64,000 nucleotides of DNA from Octopus sinensis. Taxonomy: Eukaryota. Shown one piece after another: positions 53,656-64,000 of this stretch. Made by a program: the position numbers and the translations under genes. The stretch is taken from contig NC_043016.1 of the NCBI RefSeq assembly GCF_006345805.1, forward strand, positions 32,054,001-32,118,000. Direction: 5' to 3'. A model generated the notes under the pieces. That model did no database searches. It saw only the letters and a program-made list of their open reading frames with translations, and was not told where the DNA came from. Position 1 is the stretch's first letter; every line of letters begins with the position of its first letter.

Positions 53656-54035
53656 TCTTTATATATAAAACTGTAGTTGTGTGAGTGTCTGTCCCCTTCG
53701 ATTTAGATTCCTAACTACTCCCACATTTTGCGGTGCAGTTTAACCAAACCGGGTATCTTATAGTCGTGATTCATATCGAGCCCTTCTGGGTATTAGCGCG
53801 CGTCTACGATGAGTCTACGATTTTTAAAATAATTTACCATCATTTTTTTCCATTTTCATGCATATTTTTTAAAGGGAAGTAACTCTCTAAAAATGTCTAC
53901 GATGAGTCAACGATTTAAAAAAAATTTATCATCATATTTTTTCCATTTTTTTGCTATTTTTTGGCTATAACTCTCTAAAAATGCTGTATAGTTATTTCCC
54001 TTACAAACCCGAGCAACGCCGGGCGATACTGCTAG
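53656..54035 (+). mobile_element. Non-autonomous Helitron inserted in (TA)n
   Basis: 5' A|TC, 3' CTAG|T, subterminal cccgagcaacgccggg hairpin-like motif. Confidence 0.8.
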
Positions 54036-54767
54036 TATATATATATATATATATATTCTTGTTTCAATCAATTGACTGTGGCCATGCTAGAGTACTGCCT
54101 TTTAGTTGAAGAAATCAATGGCTTATTCTATTGGTCTCTTCTGCCAAACCGGTAAACCGGTAGAGTAGTTTTCTAGATATCAGAGATTTTCAGGGTATAA
54201 ATACTCAAAACGGTGCATAATGGGAAAATGTTCCGAAAATAATCTTCATCCTGAAAGGGAAGAAACTCTTATCTTTCTATTAGACTGAGTTTTTTTCCGT
54301 GTGCATTCAACGTATTTGGCTACTATATCTATAATACCCTGCTACCACGTAACAGCTATTTGCGATAAAGGACCGGTAATACCTGTTATGTAGCAGCAGA
54401 GCGTGCAAGAAATAGGAGCTAAATCTTTCTTTTTCTGGGGAAGTGGCCATTTACATGTGATTTTGATTTATAGAAAGCATGCGTAATAACCTGGAAAAGG
54501 AAAAAAAAACCCCACAAAACAAAGCTCTGTTGCTGGGAAACTCAGAGTTTCCTGGTGATCCAACGGGTTACGGGTAGTCTAGTCTCTAATATCATAAGAA
54601 CAAGGAAATAATTTTTTTAAAAAAACCCAAATATTTATTAATTGTATGCTTAACTTTTCATGTGTCAGATGTGTTGGTCAAAACATATTTTGTTCAGTCG
54701 ACAGGAAAGAGATTAGTTATCCATTGCAATGCAGTTCATTTAATTTTAATTGCATAAAAGAAAAGTC

Positions 54768-55250
54768 ACTGGTGCTGGGGTCACATAAAAAGTGGTGGTG
54801 CCACATCAGGAGCACTGGTGCTGGTGCCATGTAAAAAGCACTGGTGCTGGTGTCACATGAAAAGTACTAGTGCTGGCACTATGTAAAAAGTACTGGTGAG
54901 GGTGCCACATCAAAAGTACTGGTGCTGATGTCAAGTAAAAAACACTGGTGCTGGTGCCATGTAAAAAGCACTGGTGCTGGTTCCACATAAGAGGCACTGG
55001 TGCTAGTTCCACATAAGTGCTGGTGCCATGCAAAAAGCATTGGTGCTTGTGCCATGTAAAATGTGCTGGTGCCACATAAAAAACACTGGTGCTGGTGCAC
55101 ATCAAAGGCTCCCTGTACACTCAGTAAAGTGGTTGGCACTAGGAAGTGCATCCAACTGTAGAAACCATGGCAAAACAGATAATGGAACCTGGTGTAGCTC
55201 CTGTCAAACCATCCAGTCCATGGAACATAGACATTAAATAATGATGATGA
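54768..55250 (+). repeat. RTE 3'UTR-derived tail with an expanded 20-26 bp unit (gcactggtgctggtgccatgtaaaaa, ~13 copies)
   Basis: Tandem units followed by the shared gtggttggc...gatgatga RTE tail. Confidence 0.75.
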
Positions 55251-55493
55251 AAGATTTAACAAATGTTGAACAGTGTTGGCTTATCAGTTGTCATATCTAT
55301 TTTACTTGTTTCCATAGATTTCACTATCTTACCATGTTGTATCTTTCTGTCTGCATACATGAAGTTTGTTAAAAAATATAAATTTAAATTAAAAGAAAAA
55401 AATAGATTAAATCCTTTAATTTTTCAACTTTTTATTATATTTCTGTTTTTTAATTTCATTTGCTGCTTATACTTTCGATTTATTTTTTCGTAG

Positions 55494-55625
55494 GCTTGTG
55501 CAGACAAACTGGATAGAGAAATAAAGATGTTTGGTAACCCACCCAACTTTCCATTGGAAGAGGAAGCTGTTGAAGAAATTGAAACCTCTTCACCAGCAGC
55601 AGTTGACAAAACTAAAGGAAAGAAG
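55494..55625 (+). CDS. LARS1: LARS1 exon (ACADKLDREIKMFGNPPNFPLEEEAVEEIETSSPAAVDKTKGKK)
   Basis: cgtag/gtaaag splice sites, 132 nt, phase 0/0. Conserved ACADKL..E...FG.PP.FP and KGKK. Confidence 0.96.
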
Positions 55626-55647
55626 GTAAAGTCCGGTTTTCTAGACT

Positions 55648-55875
55648 TTAACCCTTTAGCATTTAATCTGGCCATATCCAGCCCGAATATTCTACCTGTT
55701 TTATGTCCAAATTCACCGGATCCAACCTCTCACACCTACCCTACAATGTCATTCTAAAACTAAACAATCGCATAATAGAAATCTCAAGTCACCAAGATAA
55801 TACATGATTAATTCAAAACCATGTGAATAAATATGCATTACATTTGACAGAGTAATCTGAATGCTAAAGGCTTAA
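55648..55875 (-). mobile_element. piggyBac-like MITE-2 (ttaaccctttagcatt...aatgctaaagggttaa), ~22 bp after a LARS1 donor
   Basis: TTAA flanks and 12-bp TIR. Other copies at ~45015-45710 (three in tandem), 47820-48040, 51600-52515, 6614-7213, 3290-4165 and 19065-19865. Confidence 0.8.
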
Positions 55876-55970
55876 ATATATACATACATTGGTAATTAGT
55901 AAGGGATATTTTCCAAATATTTACTAGTTTACTCACAGTTAGGTATTCAAAATAGGTTATTCAACAGTTA

Positions 55971-56015
<45 letters not shown>

Positions 56016-57041
56016 ATATAAATCCAGTAATAATTCTTATATGATAAGAATGTAGAGATATATTCTGTTGGATTATTCTAAATATATTACCTTTAACCAT
56101 ATAGGTTTTCTGGAGTATTTAATATCAATAATAATAATTGTTTCTACTATAGACACAAGACCTGAAATTTTGGGAGAGGAGGCTAGTCAGTTACATTGCT
56201 CCCAGTACTTGACTGATATTTATTTTATTAACCCCAAAAAGATAAAAGGCAAAGTTGAACTTGGCAGAATTTGTATCAGTTTATAGGAGCACTCCATCAA
56301 TTACAACAACGAGGGTCCCAACTGATACGATCAATGGAACAACTTGCTTCTGAAATTAACATGCAAGTGGCTGAGCATGCCACAGACATGTGTACCCTTA
56401 ACGTAGGTCAGAGGGAGATTTAGTGTGACACAAGGTGTGACAAGCCTGGCCCTTTGAAATACACGTACGATTCATTTTTGCCAGCTGAGTGGACTGGAGC
56501 TACGTGAAGTAAAGTGTCTTGCTCAGGGACACAGCACACCACTGGGAATTGAACTCATGACCTTACAATTGTAAGCTGAATGCCCTAACCACTAAGCCAC
56601 ATATACACGTCTTCACAATCAGAATGTAAAGTGGGAGGAAACGGCACTAAGCCTTTTGTCTGGCACAGTAACAATTCTGTCAACTGTACTCAAAAGCCTG
56701 AAATTTTGTAGGGAGGGTTGGGTCCTTACATCAACCCCAGTGCTCAACTGGCATTTATTTTATTTATCCCAAAAGGATGAAAGGCAAAGTTGATCTTAGA
56801 ACCATTTGAATTCAGAATGTAAAACCTGAAGAAATGCTGCTAAGCTTTAGTCCGGCATGCTAATGATTCTGCCTGCTTGCCATTGTTTCTAAATAAGAGG
56901 AATCACGATAGGTCTTGATAACAATGATTACAATATTGTATTTTTTCTTGTGATATTTTTGTTTTGCCATATTCAAATTGAATTATGTTTTAATGTTGTG
57001 TGTATAATTTAAAATTTTTATTTTTACGAATTTTATTTCAG

Positions 57042-57203
57042 AGCAAATTAAATGCCAAAAGCGCAGGCTTGAAATACCAGTGGCAAATTATGGCTTCGAT
57101 GGGATTAAGTGACAAAGAGATTGTGAAGTTTACTGATACTGCTTATTGGCTCCGCTATTTCCCTCCATTAGCTATTCAGGATTTGAAGAGAATGGGACTA
57201 AAA
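57042..57203 (+). CDS. LARS1: LARS1 exon ([54 protein letters not shown])
   Basis: tttcag/gtacgt splice sites, 162 nt. Conserved KYQW.IM and [16 protein letters not shown]. Confidence 0.97.
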
Positions 57204-57692
57204 GTACGTAAATATCTAATGAACATAATCAAAATAAAGATTAGGGAAAGCTCTATGATAGAGAAGGTTGCTTCACAGCCATGCTTCTTATCATCATCAT
57301 CATCATTATTTAACACCTGTTTTCCATGTTGGTATGGATTAGATGGTTTGACCAGAGCTGGCAAGCTGAGAAGCTGCAACAGACTCCAGCCTGATTTGGC
57401 ATGGTTTCTACGGCTGGATGCCATTCTTAATGCCAACCACTTTATAGAGTGTACTGGGTGCTTTTACATGGCACTGCACTGGTACCATATAAGCGAACCA
57501 TCATACGGAGATCGAACCATCTCAAGTGTAACTGTCCGAAATGGTCGTGACTTCTGGTACTTGATTGATGAAAGAAAGCCAAGAATGATCCATCTTTTTT
57601 TGCCTGTCCTTCTAATTGTTGTTTCTCTTGTCTGCCTTTGTATCGTTCATCTGTCCGACTGTTTTATTGTACTCTGCTGCGTTTTTGTTCCA

Positions 57693-57699
<7 letters not shown>

Positions 57700-57731
<32 letters not shown>

Positions 57732-57760
57732 TATATATATATACATATATATATATATAT

Positions 57761-57792
<32 letters not shown>

Positions 57793-57809
57793 CACATATA
57801 TATATATAC

Positions 57810-57840
<31 letters not shown>

Positions 57841-58011
57841 CACATATATATATACATATATATATATATACATATATATATACTATATATATATACACAT
57901 ATATAATATACATATATATATATATACATATATATATATACATATATATATATACACAATATATATATATACATATATATATATAATATATATACATACA
58001 TGCTCATACAT

Positions 58012-58053
<42 letters not shown>

Positions 58054-58110
58054 TGCTCATACATACATACATACATACATATATATATATATTATATATA
58101 TATACATACA
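57700..58110. repeat. Long degenerate (TA)n microsatellite
   Basis: Direct inspection. Confidence 0.95.
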
Positions 58111-58245
58111 ATGTTTGGCTTGAAACCAAAAGTAGATTGAATATCATTTGTAACAAAAATGACTGACATTATGTGGTTACATTTCTCTTACTTTAGTTAT
58201 TTTGAAATTATTTCTTATTCATTTCTTTTTGATAATAAATCTTAG

Positions 58246-58358
58246 GTTGATTGGCGTCGATCGTTCATCACAACGGATGCAAACCCGTATTATGATTCAT
58301 TTGTTCGATGGCATTTTCTGAAGCTGAATGAACATGACAAAGTGAAATTCGGAAAACG
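58246..58358 (+). CDS. LARS1: LARS1 exon ([38 protein letters not shown])
   Basis: cttag/gtatgt splice sites, 113 nt. Conserved [20 protein letters not shown]. Confidence 0.97.
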
Positions 58359-58387
58359 GTATGTATTCTTTAATTTACTTTTTTGTT

Positions 58388-58568
58388 CATTTACATTATT
58401 TACATTTGATGGCTATTTGTCCTCATCTTGTTTGTTGTTAACACAACATTTTGGCTGATATACCCTCCAGCCTTCTTCTGGTGTCTTGGGGAAATTTCGA
58501 ACTATTATTATTATTATTATTATTATTTTTATTAAGCTCAAGATTCCGAGTTCGATTCCAAGCAGTGA

Positions 58569-58610
<42 letters not shown>

Positions 58611-58650
58611 CAACAGCAATAATAATAATAATGATAACAACAACAACAGC

Positions 58651-58717
<67 letters not shown>

Positions 58718-58891
58718 CAACATTGAAAAATACCTTAGGAATGAGAACCCAGGTTTGAAATTTCCCCAAGACACCTGACGAAGGCTGGAGGGTATATCAG
58801 CCGAAATGTGTTAAAACAAACAAGATGAGGACAAATATCCATTGAATAATGTAAATAATGTACAAAATTCCTCATCTCTTAAATATAGAAC
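58388..58891 (+). mobile_element. Family H element with inverted 5' arm and 14-bp TSD, in a LARS1 intron
   Basis: TSD tttacttttttgtt at 58374-58387 and 58892-58905. CTGACGA at 58775-58781, GGCTG/CAGCC, GAAA at 58803-58806. Confidence 0.8.
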
Positions 58892-59019
58892 TTTACTTTT
58901 TTGTTGCTTGTTCTAGTCTGTGGCTGCAGTCATATTTGGAGCCCCACTTTGTTGGGGGTTAGTTGAACAAATCATCCCCAGTATTTTAAGTTTGTTACTT
59001 ATGCTCTAGGTTTCCTTAG

Positions 59020-59404
59020 GAGGCGCAATGGCCCAGTGGTTAGGGCAGCGGACTCGCGGTCATAGGATCTCAGTTTCGATTCCCAGACCGGGCGTTGTGA
59101 GTGTTTATTGAGCGAAAACACATAAAAGCTCCACGAGGCTCCGGCAGGGGATGGTGGTGATCCCTGCTGTACTCTTTCACCACAACTTTCTCTCACTCTT
59201 ACTTCCTGTTTCTGTTGTACCTGTATTTCAAAGGGCCGGCCTTGTCACTCTCTGTGTCATGCTGAATATCCCTGAGAACTACGTTAAGGGTGCACATGTC
59301 TGTGGAGTGCTCAGCCACTTACATGTTAATTTCACGAGCAGGCTGTTCCGTTGATTCGGATCAACCGGAACCCTCATCGTCGTAACCGACGGAGTGCTTC
59401 CAAA
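59020..59404 (+). mobile_element. tRNA-derived SINE, family C (ggaggcgcaatggcccagtggttagg head) with TSD
   Basis: TSD aggtttccttag at 59008-59019 and 59405-59416. Inverse copy at 15148-15533; partial or chimeric copies at ~49880-50100 and 56286-56600. Confidence 0.87.
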
Positions 59405-62400
59405 AGGTTTCCTTAGCCAAACTGTTATGTTATCAGAACTTAAACGAAAGAACACTGATTGTCAAGTGGTGGAGGAGACACACAAAGACATAAATTCATG
59501 CACCCACATTTGCATGTATATGTCTGTGTGTGCATATATGTGTATATATTCTTTAACTTGTTTCAGTCATTTGACTGTGGCCATGCTGGAGCACCACCAC
59601 AAAGGGTTTTTTAGTTGAAGAAATCAACCCCAGGACTTATTCTTTGTAAGCCTAGTACTTATTCTAACGGTATCTTTTGCCGAACTACTGGGTTATGTGG
59701 ATGCAAACTCACCAACATCAGTTGTCAAGCAATGGTGGTAGGGACAAACACAGATGTAAAGATACACACACACATACGTGACAGGCTTTGTTCAGTTTCT
59801 GTCTATCAAATCTAATCTCTTCAAGGCGGCATTGGCATCAGCCATCTTCGGATGGTGCTTGTTACGTGCCACCGGCATAGGTATCACAACTACAATTTCC
59901 ATTTGATTTTGATTATATCCTAGCATGAAACAACTTTCCTCATTATTGTGTGCCCCTCATAAAAGGGGATCTTAATCTTGCATGCTGCATGGCAACCTCA
60001 CTAATGCTGGTGCCGTTGAAAGAGTACTCACAACATACTATAAAGTGGTTGGCATTAGGAAGGGCATTTGGACACAGAAACTATGTTAAAGCACAAATGG
60101 GAACACGATGCAGGCTTCAAATCCATTTGATCCTGGTAGAATCTTCAACCGATGCCAGAATAGAATGTGGACATTAAATGATGATGATAACACTCTTTCC
60201 ATCTACCAAATTCTTCCAGAAGATATAGTTTGTGCCACAGCTCTGGTAAGAGACACTTGCCCAACGTACTACACACTGGGGCTGAACCCCAAAGCCACAT
60301 GGTTGTGACACAAATTCCTGAACCACACGGCTGTGGCTGTGCCTATTTAACTAAAATATATTCTACCACCTACCCTTTTTTCTTCCAGAAGTGTCTATTT
60401 CTTTTTTTTTCTCATTTGTTTCTCTTCAAATTTATGGGGTGTATGGTTATACACATCTTGTGTATAGAGAGTGACATTTCTTAGTACAAAAAAGCAGTCC
60501 TTTAGTTTGCTGGCTCCTGTCCAACCATGCCAGCATGGAAAATGGACATTATATGATAATGATAATTGTAATTTATTTTTTTATATTATACTACCTTGAA
60601 TTGTAGGGTGACCTGCTGTGCTTGAGGAGACCTATTGAGTCAAGTACATCGACATAATCAAAATCAAATGGAAATTGTAGTTGTGATACCTGTGCCGGTG
60701 GCACGTAACAAGCACCATCCGAAGATGGCTGATGCCAGTTCCGCCTTGACTGGTGTCTGTGCTGGTGATACGTAAAAAGCACCAACCGATCGTGACTGTT
60801 TGCCAGCCTCCTCTGGCCCCTGTGCTGGCAGCACATAATAAGCACCAACTACACTCACAGAGTGGTTGGTATTAGGAAGGGCATCCAGCTGTAGAAGCAC
60901 TGCCAGATCAGACTGGAGTCTGGTGCAGCCTCCTGGCTTCCCAGAACCCGGTCGAACCGTCCAACCCATGCTAGCATGCAAAATAGATGTTAAATGATGA
61001 TGATGATGATGACTAACTTAAAAGCTGCACTCCATGTGGACCTTTAAGCAGTCTCCTGTGGAAGGCTAATTGTACCTGTAGCCCAAAACTAAAGAGAGCT
61101 AATAAGCATGACTATACTACGTCTGTAATGACTATATGCCATGGTGGTGTTTGATCAGAGGTTAAGGACAGATGAGAATTAATTCTGTAATACAATCATT
61201 CTATTGTTCCAGTTCCTACTTGAATTCCAACTGTTGGTCAATTTGTCCCAAAGTTCTTATCTTGGCGTAAAATTAACAAAGTGAATGTCATTTATCTCCC
61301 ACTTGATCTCTGACATCAAGATGTCTTGAATCAGCCAAGCTTTACCTGCTAGAAATAACAACCCAAATGCTTTTAAATCAGGTCCCAATGCTGGATGTCC
61401 AAGAACCAAATGAAAGGCAGATTTTCAATCCTGGGATCAACCTATGTAGAACAAATGTAGTCTGAGATACAGGGGTCCCTGATGGACAGACAGACAGAAT
61501 TTTGCTTTTATTATAAACAAACTGTGTTAAAAACACATCAGAGTGTGATCGTTGCCAGGGCTACAGATTGGCTCCCATGCCAGTGACACATGTGAAAAAC
61601 AACATTCGAGTGTGGTCGTTGCCAGTGTTGCTGGACTGGCTCCCGTCAGCATGTAAAAATACCTTTTGAGTGTGGTTGTTGCCAGAACCGCTTGACTGGC
61701 TCTCATGCCAGTGGCACGTAAAAGCACCTACTACACTCTCGGAGTGTTTGGCATTAGGAAGGGCATCAAGCTGTAGAAACTTTGCCAGATCAAATTGGAA
61801 CCTGGTGCAGCCTTCTAGCTCGCCAGCCCGCAGTCAAACTGTCCAACCCATGCCAACATGGAAAGCGGACGTTAAATGATACTGATGATATGGTGGTGTG
61901 TTGCGACTATTTTACAAGTCATGTGTTGTCAGTTAATGACTCAAAATATTATTTGTTTAATTATTGTAATTATTATTTGTGGTATTTAAATGTCATATTA
62001 TAACATGACATTTCTCTATTTTTTTTTTTTACCCGAAATTATAACTTTTTTCCTGCAATTTTATTTCTATTCTGCAATGTGGTAAAGTGTAAACAGAAAA
62101 AATTCAACATTTAATGAAACATCATTTCATAACCTAAATGCCATATATTTTAAACTTACCATATAACAGAAACACAGAGAAGGGGGAAAATGAAAGCAAA
62201 ATAGAGTAAAAGACCAACTACTACACTTAGAATAAATATCTGCTCAATTGATTCATTAATTCATTACTTTTTTTCTCATCAGTCAAATCATTAGTTTTTA
62301 TAGGTTACTGTGACCTATATTTTCATTATTATGTAGAATATACGCACTGCTGAGTTGTTAGCTCTTAGATTATCATCAGCATTATAATTTTATGTCTTGT

Positions 62401-63614
62401 TTTCCATACTGGTGTGGATAGGATGATTCTAAAGGATTTAAGTTGTCTGTGGATCACATCATACTCCAATGACTCATCTTTGGCATGGTTTCTACAGCTG
62501 GATACCCTTCCTGACACCAGCCACTTTACAGAATGTACTGGGTGATTTCTTTTTTTTTATGTGGCACCAACATTGCAGAAGTTTCCTTGCCATCAGCAAG
62601 ACTAAAGACCCCTCTCAAACCCTGTGTTACCTCTCTTTCACTTGGTTACAATCACCTATAGAATGTTTTGGGTCCTTTTTGCGGCGTGAGTACTCTTAAG
62701 AAGGGGTTGAACTTACAACTTGCAAAATGTAAAGGAGACCTCATGATGGAAGGAACAAATTTATTGTTGTGAGAGGATCATCATCATCATCATCATTTAA
62801 CGTCTGCTTTCCATGCTGGCATGGGTTAGCCAGTCTGACTGAAACTAGCAAGCTGGAGAGCTGCACCAAGTCCCACTCTGATTTGGCAAGACTGGTTTCC
62901 ACAGGGGAATGCTCTTCTTAATACTAACCACTCCAAGAGTATAATGGGTGCTTTCATGTGCCACTGGCACCGGTGCCAGTTATGTGACACTGGCATTGGC
63001 CATAACTATGACTTCATTTGACTGATGAGTTTTCTCAAGCACAGTGTATCGCCAAAGATCTCAGTCACTTGTCATTGCCTCTGTGAGGCCCAACATTCAA
63101 ATATCATGGTTCGTCATCTTGTGGTAATGGATATTTCTTTTTCAATGACTGAATCTGGTGGAAGGAGTAATTGCCCATGATCTTTACTGGTCCACAAAGA
63201 TAGGTGAGCTTCTTAAGCGGTTGCTAGTCAATATCTGCCAGAATGACATGAACAGGGTAAAGATTCCAGAGGGCCAACATTCTGCAGAAGGATAGGATGG
63301 TCAATATGAGGCTGGGTGTCTGTGTGGGGTTGGGGTGGGGCTGTTGTATGCAGCAAGAGTAATGAAAACTGGAAAAATGAGTTGGCCAAGAACATCTGAT
63401 GTTGTTCAGCCAGCTTTGAAGAACAAAGGCCATGGTGGTAACCATAGGAGAGAGAGAGAGAAAATATCATGGCTGTTGGCCAGAGATTGGAACATGTCTG
63501 TTATTGGATTGAATACCAATCAGTTGTTCGGTTCACTTTTCTTTCATTGTAGGAAATATATTGAAAAATGGTTGTCAGAAAGTAAAGTAGATTTTTTTTC
63601 ACCTCTTTTTACAG

Positions 63615-63678
63615 GTACACAATTTTTTCTCCATTAGACGATCAACCATGCATGGACCATGACAGAAGTAGTGGTGAG
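63615..63678 (+). CDS. LARS1: LARS1 exon ([21 protein letters not shown]); gene continues beyond the window
   Basis: tttacag/gtaagg splice sites, 64 nt, phase matches the previous exon. Conserved [10 protein letters not shown]. Confidence 0.96.
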
Positions 63679-64000
63679 GTAAGGACTTAAAAAAAAGATT
63701 TTAAAAAACTTATTAGCTTATATCTGTTTTAAACCTGTTGTTTGCCACCCCCCCACTCGTTAAAAATGTATTTATATTTCATTTTCATTTCATTTGAGTT
63801 TGAGTCCATGCTCAGGCCAAGTCGAAGACTCCACCCTCAGAGTCTGGTGTGGTTGCCAGGTTGTATTCTCTGTTTAATTTTGACATGTGTAGGAGCGAGT
63901 TTGAGTCAGTTTGTGCTCATTGTGTATATCCTAGGAGATGGGTTTCATCTCTAATGGTGCTTAAGTATCTATCCAGCTGCAATTTGAATGATTCCACACT

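Noticed and set aside
57000-57986. 328-aa ORF, the longest in the track
   Set aside because: Only 57042-57203 is a real LARS1 exon; the rest is read-through into an RTE tail and (TA)n.
59020-59095. tRNA-like sequences at SINE heads (also 10163-10232, 515-585)
   Set aside because: Acceptor stems are poor and they run directly into SINE bodies, so they are not called as tRNA genes.

Overview
AT-rich, repeat-saturated animal genomic DNA. The SINE and RTE content looks like a coleoid cephalopod (Octopus-like); this is inferred from repeat families and not verified. Two divergent intron-rich genes are visible. On +, seven coding exons of cytoplasmic leucyl-tRNA synthetase (LARS1, 47652-63678) include the HLGH (HIGH) motif, and the gene continues past the window end. 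On -, an unidentified Ser/Asp-rich protein gene has exons at 28946-29508 and 24042-24102 and probable 5'UTR exons near 35.8-36.0 kb. The rest is a nested transposon landscape: a ~4 kb decayed RTE-clade LINE with many truncated tails, several tRNA-derived SINE families, Tc1/mariner and R4/Dong fossils, and piggyBac-, hAT-, pogo- and Helitron-type non-autonomous elements plus micro- and minisatellites. The most notable signal is a short dispersed family that joins a tRNA-like Pol III head, an (AAT)n tract and a minimal Penelope-type hammerhead ribozyme core. It is inserted with Penelope-like inverted 5' duplications and target-site duplications (TSDs), suggesting a ribozyme-bearing SINE or retrozyme. 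Most of the supplied ORFs are repeat or microsatellite artefacts. Repeat boundaries are approximate unless a TSD is given.
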